From Nemertoderma westbladi (lineage: Eukaryota; Animalia; Xenacoelomorpha): a stretch of 64,000 nucleotides of DNA. The notes under the pieces were generated by a model, which searched no databases, was not told the DNA's origin, and saw only the letters and a program-made list of their open reading frames with translations. Positions 25,132 through 37,179 of the stretch are shown piece by piece. Numbering within the stretch: the stretch's first letter is position 1; every line of letters starts with the position of its first letter. The DNA lies in assembly GCA_032718475.1 (NCBI GenBank), contig JAUCBJ010009108.1, forward strand, positions 78,971-142,970, written 5' to 3'. The translations under genes and the position numbers were made by a program.

Positions 25132-28088
25132 CCCTATTACCACTGGGGTGTTTTGACCATTAGCACCACTGGGGGGGGGGGGGGGGGGCGATTCGGCCCA
25201 CCCACTATATTTTTGTAGTCGTCCAATGAAATCCTACAAAATTTGGGCTGTTGGTGAAACAACTATACAGTAGATGAACACTACCAAACCTTAAAAAATT
25301 AAAATTTCATAAGCAGGGTCTCATAATTTTGATGAAAAATAAAAGTAGTCCCAGGACAAAATTACAAAATTTTTCGTTTTCTAAAAACTAATAGTGTGGC
25401 AGTGTTGGCTAGATTTAGTAGGTTTTTCAAGACGCTGAATCGAATGTGATTATATTCCACTTCCAAAAATTGAAGTGGATGCTATTTTTCGTGCACCTAA
25501 GAAGTGGGCGTGGCACTTCAAATTTTGAAAAATTAGATATTCAGAAAATGCCCCTAATTTTTTTATTTCAACGCATCTTTATGGGTTTTCTGGGCCGCTA
25601 AATCGATTGAAAGTAATATAGAAGCCTGAAGACTGAGTGGTTCGCCATTTTTGGTGCACCAAAATTAGGGCGTGGCACTTCAAATTTTGAAAAATACGAG
25701 ATTCGGAAAATAAACCAAAATTGAAATTTTAACGAATTTATATAGGTTTTCCAGACCGCTGAATCGATTGAAAGTAATATAGAAGCCTGAAGACTTAGAA
25801 GTTAGCCATTTTTTGAAATCAAAACTTTAGTGTTTTTTCCGAAAAAAGTAATTTTGAAAATTTGAAGTGCCACGCCCTAATTTTGGTGCACCGAAAATTA
25901 CGTACACAAAGGATTTGAGGCTTCTATATTACTTTCAATCGATTCAGCGCTCCAGAAAACCTATAAAATTAATTTGAAATCAAAACTTTAGTGAATTTTC
26001 CGAAACTCGTATTTTTCAAAATTTGAAGTGCCACGCCCTAATTTTGGTGCACCAAAAATGGCGAACCACTAAGTCTTCAGGCTTCTATATTACTTTCAAT
26101 CGATTCAGCGCTCCAGAAAACCTATAAAAATGCTTTGCAAATCAAAACTTTAGTGTATTTTCCGAATCTCGTATTTTTCAAAATTTGAAGTGCCACGCCC
26201 TAATTTTGGTGCACCAAAAATGGCGAACCACTACACTTACATACTTGTATAGAACATTAGAGTGATCCAAACCAATAAAAATAAATAAAAATACCCCAAA
26301 CATAAATAATTACTAAATCACGAATGACTTTGTAAAATTCGAAAATTTCAAAAAATTTGGTGCTGGAGACCAAATTTTGAGGTGGCACCCACATCGAAAA
26401 GTAGAAATCCAATTGCAACGGCGTTTTTTGCAAAAGATGCGGCATTAAATTTGGCTAATTCTCACAAAAAATTGGGCCGGTACGTAATGTGGTTGCATAC
26501 AGTCCCAATCCCAATAAACATTAACTTGGTCGTTTTGGCGGCCAAAATGACCAAAATCGCCAAAAAAAATGTAGTGTATTCCTATGGGCTACTTGGTCGT
26601 TTTGGCGAAGCGATTTAACTCGACTCAAGTCAAGTCCAGACAGCCCGTCTCCTTGGACATCCATTTGGTTGCTCTGACTAAATGTCGGCTCGCTTTCATT
26701 TTTATTATTGACAGATTGTTAACTTACCTGGAGCTGAGTCGGGCCTTTCAGTTGTAGTAAAGACCACCCACTGAGGCATTGATACAGCACAGGCTAATAC
26801 GTAATAAGGGAGTTAGTTGAATGCGGCTTTGTTAAAAGGAGGAGTATGTATAATAATCGGATTTTGTGTGTTATTATTAGATAATCATTTCTCACCTTTT
26901 CCTTTGTGTAGCTTCAGTTTAGAGTCATTATGAAATGGCAACGTGTTCTGTATGAAGGCGTCCTAATTATAGTTTTATAGTTAGAAGCTGGGTCTGTGAC
27001 AGGGCGAGAGGTAGCTATTAAATAGCGACACTCAGTCTCGAACGAGTTCGGTATACTGATGAAATTCAGATTAGACGGCGCGGCCTATTTCTAGTAGCTG
27101 GGTCTGAATTCGAGGGCGATAGTAACTGAAAACATTATAATATCAGGCTCTGGCTCTGTGCTAACAGTCAACAGAGTCGGCATATTTGGGTGAATTTATG
27201 ATGATGTAATTATTATTTATCGAGACAGGGGGGGGGGGGGGGGGGGGGGGAACTGGACGCAAAACTCGCCTTGGCGAATTAATATCCCGCCTCAATGTTA
27301 AATTCTCAATTTAGGGAAAGGAGCAGGTTATAGTGGCATGTTATTTTAACCAAAACAATAAATTAAACATAAATGAACATTACAGTTTTATTTTTGAGAG
27401 TAATCATCTGTTATTTACGTCAAATCTCCCCTGGAGAGTGATGAATTTTTATTGCGTCCAGTCCCCCCCCCCCCCTCTCTAACTGTATTTATGAGAACAT
27501 TTATATTATAGCGTACTAAACAGCTAAATAAAGAAAAATCTATGTAAAGTATTTTTCTCATATTTTAAATAATTTTTACAAATTAAATATATGAACTTGT
27601 TATTTTTATTACCAATCGAAAAGAATTAAAGTAAATAATTAATTATTACGCTGCAAGTGCTAGCACACTGCTTATAACCTAAGTGACAGGTAAAGGTGTG
27701 TTAATTATTAGATTAGTAAAAAATATGTAGAAAATAATAAGTTAGGGCGGACGCCTCACACTGCACTCTTACAGGCATGTTTACTACAGTGGCGAGCCCA
27801 GCCGTTACTACACTGGAGCCTTTCTCTCTACCTAAAGGTAGAGAGAACTCTACCTCAGGGCCAACATGCTGGGCTTTACTTAAACTCAGCCTGTATTCAC
27901 TGGCTGTGATTGACAAGCCAACGTGCCGCAGCAGTTCCTTTCATGAATACCGCAGTTTTTACTTGGCCATTTTGGTAATTTTGGCCGCCAAAATGGCCAA
28001 GTTAATGTTTATTGGGATTGGGACTGTAGTTACAGCAACTAAAAACTAGGAAGGGGCCGATTCGGCCCCCCCCCCAGTGCTAATAGGG
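25132..28088. mobile_element. piggyBac-type non-autonomous element (TTAA TSD, CCC..GGG ends)
   Basis: TTAA|CCCTATTACCACTGGGG ... CCCCAGTGCTAATAGGG|TTAA. Internal ~162-bp units are arranged as an inverted array at 25400-26235. Confidence 0.85.
26500..28026. mobile_element. Tc1/mariner-type non-autonomous element, copy 2 (1527 bp; contains G-tract MITE copy 4 at 27222-27480)
   Basis: Same TIR and TA TSD as 6943-9651; near-identical interior. Confidence 0.9.
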
Positions 28089-29029
28089 TTAATGTCCTGA
28101 TCCTATGTTTTTTGTTAGTTTAAGGGGTGTAAGACTTTAGTGTTTACCCATTTATTATAATTATTATTTATGGTAGCTATGGTGTTTTTATGGAGCTTGT
28201 GAATTATTTACTAGCTACAGTAGTAATAGTATGTACAGTATTTAAAATGTTTAAAACTGATTTGTTTTATATACTGCGTAAGTATACTGTATGTGTTGTT
28301 GGTTGGTTAACAAGCCTAAATTATTATCCTAGATAATAGTTGGATCTCATTCAGGGACTGTTATAATATCATCAATATTTTTGGTAATTAATATAATCAA
28401 CAACAGTTTAGGCCTAATTCTGAAATACTGTATCAATGTTTTCACAAGTGTTTTTATAATTTCAAGGAAATGCTAGCTAGTAAAAAAAAACACTAGCTAC
28501 ACCTTAATAAATAATATATAATAATGTTCTCGAACACTACCAATAACAAAAATAAAAAAAGTACAGTATTTTTAAATTTCAAAAAATTCTAGCACGTAAA
28601 AATAACACTAGCTACCATAAAAAATATCTCTACTAATGTTCTCGAACATTCATCAATATCAAAAAAGCACTAAAAAGTTGCTATCAGGAACCGGACAATT
28701 CGGTCCCGGACAATTCGGTCCCGGACAATTCGGACCCGGTCAATTCGGCCCCGGACAATTCGGTCCTAGGACAATTCGGTCCCGGACAATTCGGTCGCGG
28801 ACAATTCGGTCCCGGACAATTCGGTCCCATTTATTTAGTGTTTTGGGACCGAATTGTCCGGGACCGAATTGTCCGGGACCGAATTGTCCGGACCGAATTG
28901 TCCGGGACCGAATTGTCCGGAACCGAATTGTCCTACATCCATTTGGATGTAGGACAAATTTGGATGTATCCCTGTTTGGATTTGTATCCATTTTTTCATT
29001 TCATCATTTGGAAAAATGAACTTACTGCA

Positions 29030-30150
29030 AGGATACAGCTTATCGAATCAGTGTTTGTTATTTTTCACAAATTGTCAACCTGTGGTATTGATGGCGTGTG
29101 ACTCAGTGACTCCAGTTGTAGTCAAGGTCCATGAATGCTTAGTCCTAATACATCCCAACATAGGACTATTATTATATGGATGATTTCAGAATCAGCCGTA
29201 TTTGGTCCGTAATCTTTATGGACTTCTTCGAGAACTTCGGTACTTTTCGTACTTTTTCGATATTTAATGCAATTCGTTTGGTGTGGTTGGACGTGGTGAC
29301 GTCCATCAATCCGGGTGGTCAAATAGAAACCGAACTCTATAAAACATTATAATGCAGGTTTAATGCTTAATTTTAATAGCCGACACCCTCGCCTATAGTT
29401 ATCAGAAATTCCGCCTTGAGTAGGCCTACTATCCAGTGGTCCATAAATAGAAGTAGTACACCAGATGCCCAGTCGCGTGCTTTTGCCCGCGTAACCAACA
29501 TTCTAGTACGCAACGACTATCCAACCCACTTGATTAAAGAACTCAATAATACCGCACTCTCCCAGCACAGAAATACCCCAAGACAACGCACACCACCACA
29601 GATCATAGGCTACTTGCACCACTTAGGTTGCCTATCATAAACAATACACAGTAGAACAAATAATACGCAAAATTATTAAGCATTCCATTTTCGTCCCCCG
29701 CACCAGAGTTGTGGGCGAAGCTGGCCTCAAGATTAAAGACTTACTCATTCGCTACGCACTAACTCAACCCCATTTCACCCCATCCCCCCCCCCCCCCCCC
29801 CACCCCACACGCCCCGTGTCCTATACATGTACGAGTGGGATTACAAACTACCCTTACCAAAAATGTGGTGTACCAATTTACCTGCAAACTTTGCCCTGGG
29901 GGCTACATTGGGGAAACTGTGGGACCAGTTCGCGACCGCCTCAGAACGCACCGTAACGCTGTACGTAGGAAAGACCCCGACGAGACTGCATTCGCTACAC
30001 ACTTCCTTACTTTGCACCCCGCACAACAACACATACCCGTCCCATTCTCTGCTCGTCTGCTTCGACGCTGTGCAGGGACTGGGCGGACATTAAACTCGCA
30101 GAGAAGTCGTACATTAGGGAAATGTCCCCTAGCATAAACATACAGTATGG
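29030..30150 (+). mobile_element. Penelope-like retroelement remnant (RT plus GIY-YIG endonuclease), frameshifted
   Basis: YMDDF near 29175; QIETELYK..LNFNSRHP; ILVRNDYP; TKNVVYQFTCKLCPGGYIGET...DRLRTHR...AFATHF (GIY-YIG of PLE type). Confidence 0.85.
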
Positions 30151-31273
30151 AGACCCATGGGAACACCTCTGTTGGTAAAGTATGCACACACACAACATTA
30201 CCCCCATTCCCCAAATTTCCTCCCGCATAATTACCACGCACCCCCCCCTCCCCCCACCCCCTCACCCCCATCATATTTGTACTCTGGTTTATACAGTAGT
30301 TAGACTACCTACCTAGCACTACCCTACCAGTCATCCTGTAGTGTCTTTTACTGCAACTGTCATTTCGGTGTTTAAACATACTGTATATACTGTACGTTGA
30401 ATAAAGGCTTGTTGGCCGCAATATACGGTACGTCATTAATGTAATTATTCTTGGTCATTTTTGGTCTTACTTAATTTGCTTCAAATATGCACGTTCCACA
30501 ATATGTGTTTCTACTGTATAACTACAACATATGAGATCTACAGTCGAGTTTTTATTATTGATATTTAAGTGAATAAATTGCTTCCTCATAGATTACTGTA
30601 TGTTCCGTCATAAGCCGAAATTTAAGCCGAAATAAGTATTTTCTTAATTACAGTATTTGTAAATACTGTATGTATGTAGTTAACAAAGTAGGCATTTACA
30701 GAAGATTATATTTCAGAAGAATATTAAGCGGAGACTCCCACCCTAGGTGTCAAGTTTCCCCGCATTAGGGAGACATTGAACTATTAAAAAAAAATTATTA
30801 AAATTTTATTAATTTTTACCTCATTTTGTATTTTTAAAAATACGTTTTTATGTTCGTAGTTTGTTATTTAAAAAGAAACAGTAGTAAAATAATATGAATG
30901 CTGCAATTTTTTTCTGTTCTAGAACATTAGTAGATATGTTTTTTTATGGTTTTTATGGCTCGTGTTTTATTACTAGCTAGTATTTTTTGTAATTATAAAA
31001 AAAGTGAAAATATTGAAATATCATGTTTAAACTGTTGCAAAATATATTAATGACAAAAAAATATTGAGGATATTATACTGTAGCAGTTCACATTTTTTGT
31101 ATGGTAACAATGATTTATGTTTAAAAAATGTAGTTTTTTTAATTACTAGCAATTTTAAATTTGAAAAATGAGTAGCTATATTTTCTAGAACATTATATTT
31201 TTTATTTTATTTAAATTCTAGAATAGTGTATAACAATTATATTTTATTCTAGAGTGTAAATACTCTAAGCTTT

Positions 31274-31490
31274 CTATATTAAACCAGCGAAATTGGTATT
31301 TTGCGTTGCTCTGGAAACTAAATTGTAACTACAGTATATATAAGTGAATTCTTCTGTCATGCGATAGACATTAGAGTAAAGTTTGTCTGCTCCAAATTTG
31401 GAGAAAATCCCACCAATAGACCCCTTGTTGCTATGTAAAATCCATGTTGTTAAGGAAAGAAACAGGAAATTGAAAGTGATCCGCATAATA
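31274..31490 (-). other. Short signal-peptide-like reading frame, paralogous to a decayed segment near 40490-40640
   Basis: MRITFNFLFLSLTTWILHSNKGSIGGI. The nucleotides ccacca.tag...gttgctatgtaaaatc...taaggaaa are shared with 40561-40610. Confidence 0.35.
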
Positions 31491-31634
31491 TACTGTATTT
31501 TTATAGACTTTTTTGGGGGTATTAACAAGAGAATGTAGAATAATAAAAATAGGTCTGATTGAATTGTGATTTGTTATCAAAATGCATTTCGTTTTCCAGT
31601 AAATGGGTAAAACCTGATATTAATACTGTATAAT

Positions 31635-32092
31635 TGCGCCAGACCGTCCCACGGACATCTTGCCCCACCCACAGGGTTGGTTGGCATTAGGTTCATATAG
31701 GGCCAGTCGGGACTCCGCCAGAGTAGTAAAGCCGCCACTTGGCTGACTGGTAATAGGAATGGAAATCAGAAGATAGGCTATAATCCAATCGTATAATAAA
31801 GCGATAGACAGGGTGGTAAATATCCTGCTATGGTAATGGTAGGTAACTACTGTAACTAGGTGAGGTAAAGCCTACAACCGTAGGTACTCAACGGACCAGG
31901 GATATAGGCCGTGAGGTGTAGTACCGGTAAGGGTGCGATCTGGCAGTCAGGATCTCACTCGGCACAGGTACGTCCGACTCAGACCGGGACTCACAGATAA
32001 GGCTACCAGTAGGTCCCGACTGGCCCTATATGAACCTAATGCCAACCAACCCTGCGGGGTGGGGCAAGATGTCCGTAGGACGGTCTGGTGCG
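31635..32092 (-). mobile_element. 3' LTR of the Gypsy element, with ~78-bp inverted ends
   Basis: A polypurine tract (minus strand agaaaggtgaaaaggtcgaaggagg) abuts 32092. 31635-31713 is the inverse of 32013-32092. 31889-31995 is repeated at 34588-34695. Confidence 0.7.
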
Positions 32093-32363
32093 ACCTCCTT
32101 CGACCTTTTCACCTTTCTATTCTGGTGGCACTGCACAACACAATATCAAATCACTATCAATCAGACTAATATTGACACAGCTACACCATTCCTGCTCCAT
32201 CATCCTCATTACTACATCCACTCAGTTTGAACGACTTACGTCACGTTTTAAAATATAAGTTTGTGAAATGAATCACTAGTGACACAATTAACTTTCTGTT
32301 TCAGTTGTTCAGTCTGGCCGACTTTACTATCAGTTTTAAAGCTAAGTAGGCTCAACACTTGTG

Positions 32364-34587
32364 TTACAATCCGTTGTCCCTAGGGAATCCGTAATGATCG
32401 GGAGGCTGCCTTCTGCGGTGGGCTCGGGTAAGAGGCTCCATATCGAGTCCGCCATCAGCAACACTGTTGGTAGTACGAGGGGGAGACAAACTCAGCGGGT
32501 ACTTGAGTGGTGCCATTGGACTGGTAACTGGGTCATTCTGAGGGTGCTGGGGTGGTTTGACAGGTGACGCATCGATGTTGGACGTGTCGTCATCGTCCTC
32601 GGACGATTCATGAAGACTTAGAACTGGAGACTGATGGTATGGTACACGAAAACATTCCCATGCTCGTGCTCGTATTTGTGACCCCGAGAATTTGCGGACA
32701 CTGGCATAGTCCGCATCGACAGTGGAAACAATATACCGTGGACGTCCATGTAGTATGTATGTATGTATATACTAGAAAGATCTACCAAATTACCAATACT
32801 GATTGGAGGAGACACCTTAATTCGTTAACCGCCACGTGACTTCGATATAGTGCTGGGCTCGTGATTGGCTAGCCGGGACCGATGTTGAGATGTAATGAGG
32901 TCGCTGTCGGACATTGGGAGTTGTTCCCCCGTGAATTGATCCCTCTGGCTAAAAACTTCTCTAGCTGATAGACTTGATGCGCGAATTCTTGAGTTTAATT
33001 GGGCGACGGCGATAGCAATGGATACAGCTGAGTATGGTCCTCCGGTTGGGTGAAGCTTCAATACCTCCTCTTTGAGCTCCCATATTGCGTGCTCTGCTAC
33101 CGGGTTTTATTAACGTTTTTCGCGTCTCCTAACTGGATGTTGAGGTTGTGAGCCATCAACCAGTGTGTGGAAGCCACACACAGGGTTGGTGCGTATAACG
33201 TCGCGGGGCCTGCAATTGGGTAACGTCCAATGCAAAGACACAATAGAGCATCACACAATGTCTCATGGCGCTCGTCTGTGATAAGCGTTGCTGCTGTGTA
33301 AGAGGAAACTGTCTCCTGGATAAGGAGTATCATCTGTTTATTCTGCCGGATGACGTTGGCGGCGAATGAGATTCCAACAACATCTGGTGGGTCTTCTGAC
33401 TTCTGGGGAATGGATCTTCGAGGGGCAGCCTGCAAAGCTACACACTGGGCGCAACGACTATGGCACAATCAATATCTAGGGCACAGAAATATTGTAAAGC
33501 TATACGTCGAAGCTGGGCACGGGACGAGTGCTGTAACTCCAGGTGCATTGACATCAGTAATCCTGGTAAGGCATGGCGGGGAACAATAATAAGATCCCGG
33601 GGTGAGTTAAAAGGAGCCATTTGGCAGTGAATGAGAAGTCCATCTGAGGCCACTGTAGCACAACCAAGGTATCGCTTTATGTCCCTGATGGATGTCTCTT
33701 TTTTGACGGGCGGGTGCCCTGTGACAAGTGCGCCGCTGTGCGGCGTAAATCGGCACAATCTTGTTGAGTGGCTAACCAAGTGCTGCGAGTAGCATATAGT
33801 GGGCAGGATGACGCAGCACTAGCATTATAGTATGACACTCGAATGATGGGTGCCTCAAACAGCTCCTCGACAAACTTACACACTTGGCAGTGTCCATCGG
33901 TGCAGGTTGGTGCTTGTCGGCTTTGGAAGTCGGCAGGAAGGTTTCGTATGCTGGCAATATGGACTACAGCGACATTATGTTGGTTGAGAGTCGCCAGAAA
34001 CGTGGTTAGACGGAGCTGGATGAGTACGCACCACGGCTAAGCTTGGCAGATGCCTCCACACATGGTTTGCTGTCTGTCATGATGATTGATGGGGTGGTTG
34101 ATTGAGTCAGATATGGTGCAAAGTGATGGGTGGCTGATGCTATGGCCAGGGCTTCCATTTCGCACGGGAACCAAGCACGTTGATGCGTTCTGAGCTTTGC
34201 AGAGTAAAATCCAGCAAGATGAAGCGTGGAGTTGCGTTTGGCGTAAAAAAATTGCACCCAATCCATCTGTGCTGGTTGCAGCATCAGTCACGATAAATAG
34301 TTCGTCAGATGAATGGGGAATGACGATTGTCCGGCACGTCTTCAGTGCTGCCTGTGCTCGGCGAAAAGCTGTTAGGGTGACCTCCTCCCAGGCTACTGGA
34401 TCGCTAGGTTGACCACTGACTAATTCATTGAGTGGAGCGACTAGTGCTGAACATCGAGGAAGGACCCGAGCGAGTATTTTGTACGAACCGATAAAGGATC
34501 GCAATGCGCGAAGTGTATCGGGGGTGGTATACGTAGCAAGTGTTGACACAACATGGGGGGATGCGGCAAGTGAGCCGCGACTCCACT
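32364..34587 (-). pseudogene. Ty3/Gypsy pol remnant (end of RT, RNase H, integrase), multiply frameshifted
   Basis: LRSFIG..APLNEL, VTDAA, AGFYSAKL..PCEMEALAIA..TDSKPCV (RNase H); H..LQH..CAQC zinc motif; KNVNK; C-terminal RRRQPPDHYG. Domain order is RT-RH-INT. Confidence 0.88.
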
Positions 34588-34695
34588 TCAACGGACCAGG
34601 TATATAGGCCGTGAGGTGTAGTACCAGTAAGGGTGTGATCTGGCAGTTAGGATCTCACTCAGCACAGGTACGTCCGACTCAGACCGGGACTTACA
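34588..34695 (-). mobile_element. Fragment of the 5' LTR fused directly to RT sequence by an internal deletion
   Basis: Close direct repeat of 31889-31995. Confidence 0.75.
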
Positions 34696-34764
34696 ATACT
34701 CACTGCTTTATGGTGGGTGGAGGGTTTGGTAAATTTTCCACATCCGTGGTCTATGATATGCAGT

Positions 34765-35293
34765 AGGTTTGTGCAATTCGCGCATAGCGTTACATATGTT
34801 GTCACGTAAACCCGCCTTGCGTTTTCTTAGTTATATTTCATTTTTTGATTGCCGTAAGGTTAGTGGTGCAAATTTAGAACGTATTCGGCATAAATGTAAT
34901 GTTCCTTATTTATATAACTTGACTTCTAAAATGTGCTCTTCACTTAAATGGTATAGTAGTAATGACCTTACGTCAACTTATGTTAATATGTACAGAGAAC
35001 TAATTGAGTGCAGGCACAATAATTTGTCAGTCCCCGACTTCGAAATGTCTGAACTAAATGAAATCTTGAATTGCATCTGTACCAGTTAATTTGTCTTTTA
35101 TAGCAGTCATTTTGCCTATTATTTCTAACTTTATTGTATACTTATTTAATTAATCTACCTTCAATATTTTGTGCTTTTTCCACTATACTGGTCTGTCTGT
35201 ATGTATGTCTGTATGTATGCTGTACTGGTTATATGTATATTTATCTTTATCACGTTACTATGTACGAAATTAATATTCAATTAAATTAAATTA
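34765..35293 (+). mobile_element. 3' end of a non-LTR retrotransposon (CR1/L2-group-like ORF2 C-terminus plus UTR)
   Basis: RELIECRHNNLSVPDFEMSELNEILNCICTS* resembles LINE ORF2 ends. Followed by a T-rich UTR and an (ATTAA)n tail. Confidence 0.55.
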
Positions 35294-35332
35294 TGGGTTG
35301 ACCCTCTTTTTTTGCTAGACTGACTCGCCTAA

Positions 35333-36347
35333 CAGTCTATAATTGCTGAAATTTAATTGAATTATAAATTTTATTCTTGAACGTTTCTGCTTAAAAAACG
35401 GCAGCGAATTTTACAGATACTTCTCCAGGTGAATACAAAAGTTGTTCACTTCTATCGCGACCAATAGGAATACAGAGAATGTGAGAAAAGTGATAAACGG
35501 CTTTTACGGCCCTTGTTTTATTATCACATGTGTTAAATCACTCGTCCCGTAACGCTATAAGGTGCTACTTTATGAACAATGACGTAGTTATAATACCATT
35601 ATTTATATGTGGCGATGTAAGTAGAAAAGGGAATTTGGCCAAAATCTCGATTTTCACTTTCTGATCGATTCTGGTAGAGATTTTTTCGGGCTTTTTAATG
35701 GTATATTTGATTCTTGTGTTATCTTTTATCATCATGTCACAATTTAACATAAATGACACGGTATTTTAATTTTTTTGTAATAATTTGTAGTTTATTATTT
35801 TTCATAACTCAAATTGTTACAATTGTAATGCAATTATTACGAATCAACAGTTGTTATCAAATCAGTTAAGTTTTATATGTAAATAAATATTGTATTTTTT
35901 AATTGATTATTTTTGATTGTTAAACCAACAAATTAAATATTAACGTTGCTTTTAAATCATTACAATCAGAGATTAAATATAATATAATACAATTAATACA
36001 ATTAAATTGTAATCAGTAGTTACCCAAATCAACGCCACGCAAACCCGCGCCGGTTAAGTTAATCAGTTAAGTTTTTAGTTGAAATGTAAAAGAAAAACCC
36101 ACGCACAATGTAGTGTTTATTTCAATAATTTAAAATTTAAAAAAAAAAAAATTCAAAAATTTCAAACGTGATTTTCTCAAAATGATGTTTTGTACCAATT
36201 TCCCTTTTCTACTTACACCGCCACATGTACGTAGTATAATATTCACCTGGAAATGAGTATATTCACCTCTAAAATTCGCTGCCGTTTTTAAGCAGAAACG
36301 TTCTAGAATCAAATTTATAATTCAATAAAATTTCAGCAATTATACTG
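35333..36347. mobile_element. ~1-kb MITE with ~100-bp TIRs (CAGT..ACTG)
   Basis: tataattgctgaaattt.attgaattataaattt.attct.gaacgtttctgcttaaaaa.cggcagcgaattt is inverted at 36240-36347. Confidence 0.75.
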
Positions 36348-36494
36348 TGTAGTGCTAAAAATACGTTATGTTACCCCAGTAACATTCTTGAATATCAACT
36401 TTACGTCTAATTAAATAAAATTTGTTTGTTATACACTAGCTACTGTAGTGGGAATTTCGGGTTTTTCAGGCATTTGATTATATTTTTCTAATAA

Positions 36495-36711
36495 TAAGGA
36501 GCGGCGAGCGGCCGCGGCGAGTGGCAGCGGCGAGCGGCCACTTTTTAAAAAAGGACACATTATTTTCTATGGGTGATGATACACCACAAATGGCCGCTGC
36601 CGCTCGACGCTCCTCTGGCTGGTGTATCATATCAAAAGTCGCCGCACACAGAGGCCGCGCGCCGTGGCCGCCCGCCACTGCCGCTCGTCGCTCCTGTGGT
36701 GTATCATGGCC
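36495..36711. mobile_element. PIF/Harbinger-like MITE remnant
   Basis: Ends GGTGTATCATGGCC|TTA, with internal inverted GAGCGGCGAGCGGC/GCCGCTCGTCGCTC repeats. The left end is missing. Confidence 0.5.
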
Positions 36712-36954
36712 TTAAGCATTTAAAGATAGCGATAATGAGTTACAGTACTAATGCTATGGCCTATATATGACACTACTACTGTGCAGTATATAACGGATCA
36801 AGGTTATGTTATTTCTATAAAAAATTTTCTGGTACAATTTTTTGTGGGAGGCCCTCACGGCCTTATTAAGCATATGTCTAAAACCAGCCTAGTATCTTCA
36901 TAAGCTTCAGTTTCTCTGTCGGCCGCTAGTAGGGAGAGAAACGCGTTTTACATA

Positions 36955-37045
36955 CAGTAGTAGCAGTAGGGCCTACAGTACAGTAGTAGGGCCTACAGTA
37001 CAGTAGTAGGGCCTACAGTACAGTAGTAGGGCCTACTACTGTACA
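36955..37045. repeat. 20-bp tandem repeat (CAGTAGTAGGGCCTACAGTA) x4
   Basis: Directly visible. Confidence 0.9.
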
Positions 37046-37179
37046 GCAGTTTGGAGAACAACAATGTGTGTTTCCATTGCAAAATCGCATTCAAGTGGAA
37101 TCAATTTCAATTTTTAAGGAGTTTAACCAGCAGACCAGTCCATTGCAGTATGTCACTGCCAGTAATCATATAACAATAA

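Larger units (their letters stand above)
24301..28940. mobile_element. Large MULE/foldback-type element with GGACAATTCGGTCCC repeat TIRs, hosting nested elements
   Basis: GGAAGCAGGACAATTCGG...CCGAATTGTCCTACATCC. Inverted similarity extends inward (24560-24630 vs 28470-28650). No TSD is visible. Confidence 0.65.
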
